Shown one piece after another: positions 1 to 10,003 of a stretch of DNA of 64,000 nt. The stretch is from Candidatus Nanoarchaeia archaeon. Lineage in GTDB: Archaea; Nanobdellota; Nanobdellia; SCGC-AAA011-G17; DATDVL01. The DNA lies in assembly GCA_035289925.1 (NCBI GenBank), contig DATDVR010000005.1, forward strand, positions 112,916 through 176,915, in the 5' to 3' direction. Numbering within the stretch: the stretch's first letter is position 1; every line of letters begins with the position of its first letter. The notes beneath the pieces are model-generated. The model searched no databases and was not told where the DNA came from. It saw only the letters and a program-made list of their open reading frames with translations. A program made the translations under genes and the position numbers.

Positions 1-290
1 TTATATAATAAGCTAACATTTAAATTAAGATTGTTAGAAGGCCATTTTTCTCTAATGATAATCCACAAACCATCTTTTTTGTTAATATATCTTAACCTTA
101 TAGTATTATTTGAATTGAATGATTTATTGATTTTTAATTTTCCATTGTCCTTAATCTTACCAATTAATCTATAACGTCTTATCTTAGTTATTGTATTTTT
201 GTTTCTAATATAAGTAGAATATTCTTGAAACTTAAAATTACTTGGGATAGGTAAGTAGGAGGGGTACTTAATCAAAGGGATAGTATCCAT
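1..290 (-). CDS. Hypothetical protein, runs off the left edge
   Basis: Manual translation: ATG at 290, open frame MDTIPLIKYPSYLPIP...NVSLLY with no stop before the window edge; not in the ORF track. Confidence 0.5.
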   Translation of the reverse strand, partial: MDTIPLIKYPSYLPIPSNFKFQEYSTYIRNKNTITKIRRYRLIGKIKDNGKLKINKSFNSNNTIRLRYINKKDGLWIIIREKWPSNNLNLNVSLLY

Positions 291-342
291 TACATTGAGA
301 TTAAAGAAATTCTTTAGGAATTTTTGCAAATTTAATCTATTT

Positions 343-585
343 TTATATATCTTCATCTTTTTCTTCAAAGTTTTCTTTCATTTCTGCCATATTCATAAAA
401 ACAATGAACATTTGTGCAGCACCTAAAGAATAAAGATCACGAGCAACTTCTCTTTTCTTCATCTCCCTTGTATTTGGCTTAACTTGACTCCAAATATAAT
501 CAAAAGTTGAGTCTGCAAACCCTTCAACAAAATTCTCTAGGAATTCATTGAACTCGTTTCCATTGCAATTTTCACAATCACACAT
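343..585 (-). CDS. Hypothetical protein, acidic, N-terminal CxCxxC
   Basis: 80-aa ORF with GAGGTG Shine-Dalgarno-like sequence upstream; no family recognised. Confidence 0.6.
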   Translation of the reverse strand: MCDCENCNGNEFNEFLENFVEGFADSTFDYIWSQVKPNTREMKKREVARDLYSLGAAQMFIVFMNMAEMKENFEEKDEDI

Positions 586-774
586 TTCAAATCACCTCAA
601 AAACTAAAAAAGTAACTTTTATTTATAAACATTCACAGGGCGGTTGTCGCATGTCCATAATAATCTCCGAAATCACCGAAAAATTTACGGAAAAATCGAA
701 AGAATTTTAATGAAATTTTAATATTTTCAAGATAGTTCATAAAGTTAATAAAATCGTTTTAATCATAGCGCTTA

Positions 775-1500
775 ATGAATATTTTTTTAATAAAAAATAT
801 TGAACTGAAAATTGAAAGAAGGTTTATTAAAAAGATAGAAGGTTTAGAAGGAGGTAGAGCTTTGTACTTACCTACAGATCCATCAGAAAAACCGCAGTTG
901 TACAAATTTTCTAGACATGATTATTCCCATACCGTATCTGAAATTAGGGTTAATGATATTGCTATATTAAAAGGGCTAGAAGATTTGTTAAAAGGAGAAA
1001 AGAAATTAAAACAAAAAGAGGGAAAACCTAGGAAGCCCGTATCTTATTCTTATTTTTACACAACTGAAGAGGGATTGTTCCCTTTAAATGAAGAGACTAT
1101 GTTTAAAGATATAAATGAAATAGATGAAGTTGATAGGGCTCTGACTTATGCATTGTTAAGAAATGATGCGTCTGTAGTCTCTGCAAGTAAAGCTAAGGAG
1201 ATAATTTCTAAGCATAGGTTATGTTATAGGATATTGGAGTATTTTGGCAAAAAATATAATTTAAATGAAAGGGTAAATGTTATTGCAAGGCGGTGTTCTG
1301 GCATTACCACACCAGACGCCCAAAAAGAACCATTGGGATTTGGCATATTTTGTATAGTAAATCAACAGTTGTATAATAAATGTCCTTACATGGGCAAGCT
1401 TGTTCATGAAATTGAATTTAAAGGCAATGAAGAACTAGAAACTATTCTTCTTAATATGAGAAAAAATTATCTTGAATTCTTTATAGACAAAAGACAATGA
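775..1500 (+). CDS. Hypothetical protein
   Basis: 241-aa ORF; no family recognised. Confidence 0.6.
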   Translation: MNIFLIKNIELKIERRFIKKIEGLEGGRALYLPTDPSEKPQLYKFSRHDYSHTVSEIRVNDIAILKGLEDLLKGEKKLKQKEGKPRKPVSYSYFYTTEEGLFPLNEETMFKDINEIDEVDRALTYALLRNDASVVSASKAKEIISKHRLCYRILEYFGKKYNLNERVNVIARRCSGITTPDAQKEPLGFGIFCIVNQQLYNKCPYMGKLVHEIEFKGNEELETILLNMRKNYLEFFIDKRQ

Positions 1501-1505
1501 GCTTA

Positions 1506-1790
1506 TTATGGACATCTTAGCTCTTTCTTTATATTTTCAAAGTAAGAACGTGAATAAAATTTTAAGCCCCATTCTGGAGTAGTTGGTGTAACTTTCTTTG
1601 ACAGCCACTTCTCAGCTTCCTCTTTTGATACTATCTCATACAAGCTACCAAATTGTCTTCTTTGTATTGCTAAAACACCAGCTTCGCAGTTATTTTCTCT
1701 CTCGTAGCTTCTAATATCTAATAAAAATTCTTCTAACTCTTTTAAAGTTTTAATATTTTCAGGATTCTTAACTATTGTCTGTATTGGCAT
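1506..1790 (-). CDS. Hypothetical protein
   Basis: 94-aa ORF with a TATA-like box upstream. Confidence 0.55.
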   Translation of the reverse strand: MPIQTIVKNPENIKTLKELEEFLLDIRSYERENNCEAGVLAIQRRQFGSLYEIVSKEEAEKWLSKKVTPTTPEWGLKFYSRSYFENIKKELRCP

Positions 1791-1830
1791 GTTCCTTATT
1801 AAGTGAATTGAATATTTAAACTTAATGGAT

Positions 1831-2688
1831 TTAAGCTTTATCTACAGTTAATAAAAATGGCTTATTTACAAGGCAGGGTTCTTCAACAAATCCTAGGTTG
1901 AATAAATCATTATAATATTTAATAGATCTTAAGACTTTCAACTTCTCATTTATAATAAAACTTATTTCATTGCTATTTTCTGTTAAACATACTCTGATTG
2001 CTTTTCCAAAATTTGGCAATTTATCCTTACACATGAGGGCTTTTTCACCGATAATCAAAACTGGCACTTCATAAGCATCTGACCAGTGCATTCTCTTTTT
2101 CTTTTCTTCTTCAGTCTCTTTTATTTTAATTCCTTTACTATCATAAAGGCTTACTCCTGATTTTCTAAGAAATAAATATACTAATTCCAATAATTCAACT
2201 TCTGTATGGAAAGGGAGATCCAACTCCCATCCAATATCTTCTCCTATTAAGCTACCAAGCATTCCTTCAAATTTTTTATACTCAATTAAGGGTTTATTAT
2301 ATCTTCTTAAATTAACATATCTACCAGTTCTCATATTTCTTATTCTTAAAAATGGTAAGATAATTCCGTTATCGTCCCTTGTTCTATATTTTAGGTCCCA
2401 TAAATATGTTGCTCCTTTTTCTCTTATACTCTCTAGAATTATTTTCTTAGAATAACCTTTACTTACCATATCTATCACCATTGCTTCTTTATATGCTTCT
2501 GTGCTATGAATATTTGAGAATGTAATTACTCTATCTGATAAAGTTGGCTTAGTATAAAAGTTATAACCTGAAATAACTGGAGTTTGCAATCCGCTACTAT
2601 CTTTGAAAGTAACTAAGTCGTCTAAACAAGTCAATATTTTTTTTCTCTTTTCTTTTGATATCCCTTCTAAATCATTAATAGTTATCAT
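1831..2688 (-). CDS. Hypothetical protein
   Basis: 285-aa ORF; TTTATATA box about 25 nt upstream of the ATG (leaderless arrangement). Confidence 0.65.
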   Translation of the reverse strand: MITINDLEGISKEKRKKILTCLDDLVTFKDSSGLQTPVISGYNFYTKPTLSDRVITFSNIHSTEAYKEAMVIDMVSKGYSKKIILESIREKGATYLWDLKYRTRDDNGIILPFLRIRNMRTGRYVNLRRYNKPLIEYKKFEGMLGSLIGEDIGWELDLPFHTEVELLELVYLFLRKSGVSLYDSKGIKIKETEEEKKKRMHWSDAYEVPVLIIGEKALMCKDKLPNFGKAIRVCLTENSNEISFIINEKLKVLRSIKYYNDLFNLGFVEEPCLVNKPFLLTVDKA

Positions 2689-2886
2689 AAGTAATATAGA
2701 ATATAATAGATATATAAATCTTATGAAATGTAGTCACTACATAGTTACTAAATTACGTAAATCTTCCAATATTTCTGAAAATCTTTCGGATTCTAAATGC
2801 TAAGCCTTATAAATGGGTAAATAACATAAATTCCAAGCAAGGGTAACCTTGTGAATAGATTATCGAATAGAAGGTAGGAAATAAGA

Positions 2887-3051
2887 ATGGGATTTAACAA
2901 CAGAAGAAATTTCAGCCAAGGTCCTAGAGAGATGCATAAAGTAACATGCTCTGACTGTGGACAAGAAACTGAAGTTCCTTTCAAGCCTGCTGAAGGAAGA
3001 CCTGTATATTGCAGGGATTGCTATCAGAAGCACAGACCACCAAGAAACTAA
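2887..3051 (+). CDS. CxxC-x17-CxxC zinc-ribbon protein (54 aa)
   Basis: Manual translation MGFNNRRNFSQGPREMHKVTCSDCGQETEVPFKPAEGRPVYCRDCYQKHRPPRN, matching the REMH..C..CG...EVPFKP...RPVYC..C pattern; below the ORF-track size cutoff. Confidence 0.9.
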   Translation: MGFNNRRNFSQGPREMHKVTCSDCGQETEVPFKPAEGRPVYCRDCYQKHRPPRN

Positions 3052-3092
3052 CAATAATACTTAGTGGGAATTTCTAAAACAATTTTTCTTTT

Positions 3093-3551
3093 TTATATCT
3101 CTTTTTGCCATACATAAACTCTCAATACTTTAGGAGAGTTAGCTAGCGGATCTTTTACCAAGAAAATTGAATTTGCATAAACACTCTTGTCAAAAGGAAC
3201 GTCTTCTCCTATGCATGTAGCGACTTGGTTGCAGACCTCGCATGCAAAGTCGTAGTTGAAAGGAAGCTCTTTTCTTATAAATAGATTAATATCACAACTA
3301 GGGTTTGTTTCTGAAATTGCCTGGCAGTTTGTTCCAGCTTGATCCTGAAGATTGTAGTTAAAAATGCAGTCTCTGAAAGTTGAGTTGTACAATATTTCAT
3401 TCAATATGAACTGCTGAGATGATTGAACATTTTCTGGGATTCTATTTTCAACCTCGGCACGCTTTGGCAAAATAAAAAATATAAAGCTAAATATCAGGAT
3501 TATAGCCACAACTGCTTCCAATGTCCTTATGAAACCTTTTTTATTTACCAT
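3093..3551 (-). CDS. Pilin-like protein with class III signal peptide
   Basis: N-terminus KKG|FIRTLEAVVAIILIF; lies in the pilus operon. Confidence 0.75.
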   Translation of the reverse strand: MVNKKGFIRTLEAVVAIILIFSFIFFILPKRAEVENRIPENVQSSQQFILNEILYNSTFRDCIFNYNLQDQAGTNCQAISETNPSCDINLFIRKELPFNYDFACEVCNQVATCIGEDVPFDKSVYANSIFLVKDPLANSPKVLRVYVWQKEI

Positions 3552-4348
3552 ACTCTTATGTAGATTGTAATTGGAATCCTATTGCTCTCTTTGTCCAAAA
3601 GCCAGTATTTAATCTCTCGAACAAAGACGTTTGTCTCCTGAAAAGGATCGTTGCCAACAACCTTTTCTTCTGGTTGTCCTGAAAGCTTATGATAAATTGC
3701 AAACTCCTTATTTTCTGGATAATCCCAATCATTTTTTAAATTTTCATAATCCAAACTCTTTAATTCTTCAAGCCAAGTCGGATTTATCCCCTTAATATCT
3801 TCAGTGGCGCCAAGAGCATAATCACATATTGCTGTCGAGCCGCCCATATTAAGCTGCTCTTCATTTCCATCCTTTGCCTTAAAACATCCAAAAGTGAATT
3901 CGGGACTTTCAGGATTCTTGTTTGTCTGGTGAAAAGTCAATTCGTATGGAACTGAACCTGTTGAACATACTGCTCCAGAAGTTTCAGAAGGAACGCACTT
4001 TATCTTGAATGGGTTTAGTCCTAAAACTTGAAAGTTATTTGTTGCTGGATTCTGTTGATAGGAATTGAAAATCCAATCTGGATTTCCCAAAGTATTTTTT
4101 AATTCAACTTTTATGTAAGGCCCTGCGTCAGCTTCCAAATATTCGCCCAATGAAGAGACAAATAAAGGCACTTTCTTAACCGTCCAGATGACTTCATTCT
4201 TGAAATTAATGTCAACTATATCTAGCAATACTTTTTCCTTGTAGATTGGCTTGATGCCTGGCTTGAAAACTAAAAATAAAGCAAGCAAAGAAATCAAGAA
4301 GATTCCCATGCTGATTGCCCAGTCTACATGGATGTTGCCTTTTTTCAT
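3545..4348 (-). CDS. Pilin-like protein with class III signal peptide
   Basis: MKKG|NIHVDWAISMGIFLISLL; overlaps both neighbours. Confidence 0.7.
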   Translation of the reverse strand: MKKGNIHVDWAISMGIFLISLLALFLVFKPGIKPIYKEKVLLDIVDINFKNEVIWTVKKVPLFVSSLGEYLEADAGPYIKVELKNTLGNPDWIFNSYQQNPATNNFQVLGLNPFKIKCVPSETSGAVCSTGSVPYELTFHQTNKNPESPEFTFGCFKAKDGNEEQLNMGGSTAICDYALGATEDIKGINPTWLEELKSLDYENLKNDWDYPENKEFAIYHKLSGQPEEKVVGNDPFQETNVFVREIKYWLLDKESNRIPITIYIRVW

Positions 4349-5172
4349 ATTCCACCTTTTGCCGTGGTGACTATTAAAGCTGCAGAGGTCATCAATATCA
4401 GAGAATGAATCAAACCTTGCTTCAATGTTCCCTCAGAGAATTTTCCTATCATTATTCCTGCGAAAAATCCCTGAATTAAAATCAAAGCAAAAAATATCTT
4501 GTCAAAATCCAAGCCAGAATCCTTTATTGTTATGCCACCAACTCCAGAATCAATTGATGTTGACAATCCTGTAAGCTTTGGGAAAAGCCACAATTGTAAA
4601 ATCAGCATGATGCCAATAAAAACAAAAAATACAATGTAACCCTGGACTATCTGAGAGAAGACAGACGCTTTTCTTTCCAATTTTAATTTTTTAACATTGA
4701 AGACAGAATCCACAATAGAATCTAGAACGTCTCTTATGTCGCCGCCAGACCTTTCAGCCTCGTTCACGATTGAAACTGCCCTTATTATGATATTGTTTTC
4801 AGTGTCGTTTGCAAAAGTAACCAATGCTTTCCTTACAGGGATGCCTAGTTCTATCTGGCCTGACAATTTTCTTACAAAAGGAGTCAATGCGCCATAATCT
4901 TTATTAGAAACGTGAAGGATTGAACGCGGTATAGAGATTCCTGACTTTATGCTTTCAACCAAGTTCCTCGTGAATTCCAGGAAATAAAATTCTATCTCTT
5001 TCTGCCTTTTGCTTTCGCTTAAAAAATCAATCCACGGAAGAGTCCAGCCTATTGTGATGCACAATATAATCCCAGCTGCAAACCATCTTGATCCATAAAA
5101 CAAATAAAAATTTGCTGCTAAAAGGACTATTGCAAGGAAAATTCCAATGAGATAAACTGGCTTGAATTTCAT
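4345..5172 (-). CDS. Type II/IV secretion system F-domain membrane platform protein (TadC/FlaJ-like)
   Basis: T2SSF-like segment (FLEFTRNLVESIKSG...EAERSGG) plus transmembrane helices. Confidence 0.85.
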   Translation of the reverse strand: MKFKPVYLIGIFLAIVLLAANFYLFYGSRWFAAGIILCITIGWTLPWIDFLSESKRQKEIEFYFLEFTRNLVESIKSGISIPRSILHVSNKDYGALTPFVRKLSGQIELGIPVRKALVTFANDTENNIIIRAVSIVNEAERSGGDIRDVLDSIVDSVFNVKKLKLERKASVFSQIVQGYIVFFVFIGIMLILQLWLFPKLTGLSTSIDSGVGGITIKDSGLDFDKIFFALILIQGFFAGIMIGKFSEGTLKQGLIHSLILMTSAALIVTTAKGGI

Positions 5173-5173
5173 T

Positions 5174-6619
5174 TTAGACCTCGGGCTGTATTATGTTTAG
5201 GAACAATATGAACATGACATTCAAGACTGGCAAAACAATGTAAGCTCCAATTGTAGAGATTGTTGCAACTGATAATCCTGAAATCTGACCGCCTAGCAAG
5301 TTTATTATTGCTAGTGTAACTATAAACAGCAAAGGAGCTGCTATTAATACTCCAGTGTAGATGTCTGAATATGTTGACAAGCTTTCAACATATTTTTTTC
5401 TTTCAAGCTTGTAGTTGTTCATTGCATCTTCTGCCTTTCCCTTAAGGTAGCCTGCTAAATTTCCTCCAGACTCTATAGTTGAAGTGATTCCATTCAGCAA
5501 GTCCTTGAAAGGCTTTGAAGGCGTTGTTAATGAAACTGCTCTCAATGCCGAGCTCAAATCATATCCAAACAAGTTTACATAATTTAATATTTTATTGACT
5601 TCCCTTTCCATGCCTTTGTATTCGCCAGTAGTCAAGATGAGATGGAACATAGAAACTGGATTTGCTCCAGAACCAGCAACTGCTGCCATATGGATTATCA
5701 CAAATGGCAGGTCATTCTTTATTGCACGAGCTCTTGAATTTATTAGCAAGAAAGGATAGACATAAAAAACAAGCAAAGTCAAGAAACCAAGTATCATTGA
5801 AAGCAATACTGAAATCATAACAGAATTAATTAAATTGCTTTTACTCATTGACAAAACAAAAGTATTTGCCAGAGTCAAGAAAAATACCAACATTGAAGTG
5901 AAAAGCATCATGCTGACATAAGTCTTTGAAAGAATTTTTATATCAGCCTGGACCAAAGCATATTTTAGATTGCCAAAGATTTTTCCAGGGTTCTTTGTCA
6001 ACGACATGGTAATGCTTTCAAAAAATGTGTTGCATAATTTCCCATAAAAGCTAGACTCATATATAGAGAATTCTTTTTCTTCTATGTTTTCAATCTTCTG
6101 CCCTTTCCTGAATTTTTTGAGATAATATTCACCTATGCCAAGCTGATTCAAGTAAGCTTTTTTTGTTTTTTCATCTATTGAAACCAATTCCATAGACTTT
6201 CTTGATATAGATACTGCAGGAGGAGCTGGCCTTTGAGAAATCTCAATCTTTTCTTCTTTTTTAATTGGAAAAATAGAGGGTGATTTCAATGATTTTTTTG
6301 GCTGAGTTATTTGAGCAGTTATTTTTGAAGGCTCAGAAACTGGAGTGGCAGCAGTCACCATATGCGGCTTAGGACCGCCAACAAAGAGAGCTATTTCCTG
6401 ATTGTAATAATCCAAGTAAGACAGCAACTGCAAAATATAAAGATTGTAAGAATCTATCAGCTCACGCCTTGTCTTTCCTTTCAAAATATTGTTAATTGCA
6501 GCAGGATTATCTTTATTAGCTTCCAAATCTTCTCTAACTTTCTTCTTGTAAGACTTATAAGAACTAATTTCGTGAGTAAGTTCCAGCATCCTTGAAGTCA
6601 ATTCTTTAAGCTTTTCCAT
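5174..6619 (-). CDS. Type II/IV secretion system F-domain membrane platform protein (TadB/FlaJ-like) with N-terminal extension
   Basis: IKNDLPF..IHMAAVAGSG, TPSK.F.DLL.GI..TIESGG motifs and transmembrane helices. Confidence 0.85.
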   Translation of the reverse strand: MEKLKELTSRMLELTHEISSYKSYKKKVREDLEANKDNPAAINNILKGKTRRELIDSYNLYILQLLSYLDYYNQEIALFVGGPKPHMVTAATPVSEPSKITAQITQPKKSLKSPSIFPIKKEEKIEISQRPAPPAVSISRKSMELVSIDEKTKKAYLNQLGIGEYYLKKFRKGQKIENIEEKEFSIYESSFYGKLCNTFFESITMSLTKNPGKIFGNLKYALVQADIKILSKTYVSMMLFTSMLVFFLTLANTFVLSMSKSNLINSVMISVLLSMILGFLTLLVFYVYPFLLINSRARAIKNDLPFVIIHMAAVAGSGANPVSMFHLILTTGEYKGMEREVNKILNYVNLFGYDLSSALRAVSLTTPSKPFKDLLNGITSTIESGGNLAGYLKGKAEDAMNNYKLERKKYVESLSTYSDIYTGVLIAAPLLFIVTLAIINLLGGQISGLSVATISTIGAYIVLPVLNVMFILFLNIIQPEV

Positions 6620-6803
6620 TTTCCTTGTGAATCTTAAAAATTTCTTCCTTGATCAATTTTTTAATGTTAGAAACAAGCTTCAGAATGTAAGTGCGTTTTT
6701 CCTCAACTTCCTTTTCTTTCCCAACCTGGACAAGAAGCTCGCTATAAGAATCAACGATTTCCTGAATACTCCTTATATTTTGCTCTATTGCTTCAACAGC
6801 CAT
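6606..6803 (-). CDS. Small coiled-coil hypothetical protein in the pilus operon
   Basis: 65-aa ORF tightly coupled between the ATPase and the platform gene. Confidence 0.6.
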   Translation of the reverse strand: MAVEAIEQNIRSIQEIVDSYSELLVQVGKEKEVEEKRTYILKLVSNIKKLIKEEIFKIHKENGKA

Positions 6804-6804
6804 T

Positions 6805-9800
6805 TTAGATGTTTATGTTAAACTCTTTCATAACTAATTTTGGAGTCTTGTAGTAAGCATGTATGATGTCCTGAGCTTCCTTAAATCCAAAAATGCCGTG
6901 CCTATACATGCTCATCAACAACTGTGATCTTATCCTGAATTCTCTCTCCAGATATTCTTTTGACAAACCGCGATTTCTCATTATCTTTTCAAAAACCTTG
7001 CTTTCAATCTTGAAAAAGAATGTGTCAGTCCTTGGCTCCCAGATAAATGGAGTATTTTTTACTGCATCTCCTAAACTGCGTCCTAAACCTACAATCTCTG
7101 CAACTTCCCTAACCCTTCTTACTTCCTGATTCTTAACTTTTGCCTGAGTCATTATGCAGACTGCATCCAAGACTTCAATCAACGAAGGAGAAAGATTAAT
7201 TGGCTGAGTTTCCAGCCTTTTTATCATTGTTTCTACATCTTCTGCATGCATAGTAGACATTGTAGGATGGCCTGATGCTGCACCTTGGAACAAAACATAG
7301 GCTTCTTTGCCTCTTATTTCTCCTACAATAACATAATCAGGACGCTGCCTAAAAGATTCTTTCAACAAAGCAAACAAATCTATTTCAGATTCTGACTCGC
7401 CTATTCCTATAGATTCACGGGAAACAGAAGGAAGCCAGTTCTCATGCAGCAATTGCAGCTCTCTTGTGTCTTCTATTGAAACCACTCTTGCTTGAGGCGG
7501 GATAAAAAATGCTATTGAGTTTAACAAAGATGTTTTACCAGAACCTGTGCCTCCAATCACCATTATATTTGCTTCATGCTCTATCAAAATCCACAAATAG
7601 GCAAGCAATTCTGGAGAAGCTGTATTGAACTGCATCAATTTTATTGGGCTGAAAGGCTCCTTTGTAAATTTTCTTATGGTGAAAGTTGGTCCTCTTGATG
7701 AAATTTCTTGAGTGTAGGTTGCGTTGACTCTTGAATTATGACAACAAATGCCCCCAGTTCCACCTATAAAATTCTCATGGTCTTTAACTGAAAAGTCGTA
7801 GACAAATTCTTTTGTAGGTTTTACTTTATTTATCTTTACAATTCTGGCAAATCCTAAATCTGAATCAATTAATTTATTTACTATTTCCATTTCTTTTAAT
7901 AATTCTTCGCCATTTTCTGTCAGGCGCTTATCTTTAATAAATCCTCTTTTTTCCCATTCTTTAATAAACTTTTTATCAGAAATCTTACTTAAGTTTAAAA
8001 ACTTATTATATCTTTCTTCATTAATAATTTTATATAATCTATCTCTATTTAATCGTTTATTCCTTAATCTATGATGTGTCTTAGTTAATGGGTTAAATAA
8101 CTCAATTGGTATCATAGATGGGTAAGGATTTTTCACGTCCCTTACAAAGAAATTTGTATAAAATTCCCTAGATTTAATTTTTCTCTCATCAATTACTACT
8201 TCTCTTTCTCTATCATAAAAAGCAACTACATTCTTATTAAAAATTGATAAATAGCTGATTTCGTTTTGCAAATCTTTACTACTTGTGCTGCCATAGTCCC
8301 CTAGACTCCAGTATTTTAAAAATTCTGTTTGTAAATCCTTGCTTACATTAAATATTAATTCAGGAATTCTCTTTTTCTTTGCTCCTTTACTTAGTTTTAA
8401 AACTTGGGAAAGAGCAACCCAAAGTGCGTAACTATTAATATTAACCTTTATTCCATTTTCTCCATCTTTTTCAATTTTGCTGATATCCAAATCAAAGCAT
8501 AACTTTGCACTTTTTGAAATAGCTTCAATCAAATCGTCTTCTTTTTTATTTAAGGCAAACTGGGTTCCATAAGTAGAATTATAATCATACAGCCATCCTT
8601 CTGCAATATACAACCCCAAGAACCTCATCAATTCCTTATTTACTCCCAAAATTGGTTTGATTCCAATTGCAGATGTTGGTCTAATAGTGCACTTTTCTAA
8701 TTGCTCTCTAGTAAGCAAGTTATGCAATGATAATGGCAGAATATTCTTATTTTTGTGTTCATAAAATGCTTGATTTGCCTTTTTATAATTATTTTTCAAA
8801 TATGAATAAATTTCATTCTTTCTACTAGCATAAATTTCAATAGGCACATTATCCAATATTAATTGTTTTGAATGTTCTGTCTTTGAAATTTCTTCAGCCA
8901 GATTAATTTCCTTTATAGAATCATTTTCTGGCATAGCGATTGGAATTATTGCATAATCCCCTACTTTTAAATTGTCAGTCCTAACTGCCTTAACCCCTTC
9001 TTTACCCAAAGCAAATAAGCTATGGCAACCTGTTAGTTTTATTTTTCTTCCAAATTCAAGTTCTAATTCAAATAAATCTTCATTTATTTTGTGCCTATAA
9101 ACATAATCTACTTTTTTCCAATTTATTTTAAAAGTTTTTTGGTCAAATGCCGGAACTTCAATATTTGGAACTAGCACTGGTTTTGTTATTTCTTTTCCTT
9201 CATAAAATTTATCTATAAATTCCCCAATCTTTCCAGTCTTAACTATTCCATTTTCTTTATAAATTGTAGGCTCTTCATAATCAATGCTACCATCTGGCAA
9301 AGCTGCATCCAGCAAAGGCTTTGCATAAGAAATGTATTTGCCTGATTTTTGAGCCAATTTCTCCACAAAGCTAACCAATTTTTTTTCATCATCGAAAATT
9401 ATGTTTGTTCTGATGTTCCTGTATCTTCTATGAACAATGTAAATTGGAGCGTTAACTCCGTTGCACTCAATATCTTCAATAAAATAATCCTTCATCAACG
9501 GCTCTATCTCGTTCAAGCCTACAAAGTCGCGGTAAACATAGTACATTATCTTCAAGAAAGTTTCCTGGCTCATCTTTATGCCTAGTTCATTTAAAATAAC
9601 CTTGATGTTCTTGTCAAGATATTCAATTACTGCATCAGCTGTCTTGACTGAAATGAAACTTATGTTTATTAATTCCTGGATGCCGTCTTCAACCAATTTT
9701 AGCTGAGTTTTTTCCTGTTCAGACAAGATAGGCTCTTCAATATCGTAGAACAATTCATTAGTTTCATGGTTCCAGTAGATATGAGCGTTAACATAAGGAG

Positions 9801-9924
9801 CAATCAGTGGGTATCTTATGTCCAAAGTTGTAGGATCAACAGACTCTGGAAGGCTTGGAACCTCAGAAGATAGAATCTTGAAGCTAGCATCCTGCTTCAC
9901 TTCAGATTCTTTTTTTCCAAACAT
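6805..9924 (-). CDS. Type IV pilus/secretion assembly ATPase (FlaI/VirB11/GspE family) containing an intein
   Basis: IEDIECNG, TIRKF, Walker A GGTGSGKT, IEDTREL, RQRPDYVIVGEIRG, GH...TMHA; spliced product 521 aa. Confidence 0.95.
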   Translation of the reverse strand: MFGKKESEVKQDASFKILSSEVPSLPESVDPTTLDIRYPLIAPYVNAHIYWNHETNELFYDIEEPILSEQEKTQLKLVEDGIQELINISFISVKTADAVIEYLDKNIKVILNELGIKMSQETFLKIMYYVYRDFVGLNEIEPLMKDYFIEDIECNGVNAPIYIVHRRYRNIRTNIIFDDEKKLVSFVEKLAQKSGKYISYAKPLLDAALPDGSIDYEEPTIYKENGIVKTGKIGEFIDKFYEGKEITKPVLVPNIEVPAFDQKTFKINWKKVDYVYRHKINEDLFELELEFGRKIKLTGCHSLFALGKEGVKAVRTDNLKVGDYAIIPIAMPENDSIKEINLAEEISKTEHSKQLILDNVPIEIYASRKNEIYSYLKNNYKKANQAFYEHKNKNILPLSLHNLLTREQLEKCTIRPTSAIGIKPILGVNKELMRFLGLYIAEGWLYDYNSTYGTQFALNKKEDDLIEAISKSAKLCFDLDISKIEKDGENGIKVNINSYALWVALSQVLKLSKGAKKKRIPELIFNVSKDLQTEFLKYWSLGDYGSTSSKDLQNEISYLSIFNKNVVAFYDREREVVIDERKIKSREFYTNFFVRDVKNPYPSMIPIELFNPLTKTHHRLRNKRLNRDRLYKIINEERYNKFLNLSKISDKKFIKEWEKRGFIKDKRLTENGEELLKEMEIVNKLIDSDLGFARIVKINKVKPTKEFVYDFSVKDHENFIGGTGGICCHNSRVNATYTQEISSRGPTFTIRKFTKEPFSPIKLMQFNTASPELLAYLWILIEHEANIMVIGGTGSGKTSLLNSIAFFIPPQARVVSIEDTRELQLLHENWLPSVSRESIGIGESESEIDLFALLKESFRQRPDYVIVGEIRGKEAYVLFQGAASGHPTMSTMHAEDVETMIKRLETQPINLSPSLIEVLDAVCIMTQAKVKNQEVRRVREVAEIVGLGRSLGDAVKNTPFIWEPRTDTFFFKIESKVFEKIMRNRGLSKEYLEREFRIRSQLLMSMYRHGIFGFKEAQDIIHAYYKTPKLVMKEFNINI
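7735..9288 (-). mobile_element. Intein (518 aa) with LAGLIDADG-type homing endonuclease region
   Basis: Interrupts LPDG|SRVNA. Starts SIDYEEP, block B LTGCHSLF, FLGLYIAEG motif, ends VYDFSV..HENF...ICCHN followed by Ser+1. Confidence 0.93.
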
Positions 9925-10003
9925 TTTGAGATACTCCTAAGTAGTTACTTAAAACCTGCTAAGTGCTAATATAAACTGTTGTTTTAACTTTTAAGTGGAA
10001 AGT

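Noticed and set aside
2793..3054. Two minus-strand ORFs in the track
   Set aside because: Shadows of the plus-strand zinc-ribbon gene at 2887-3051.
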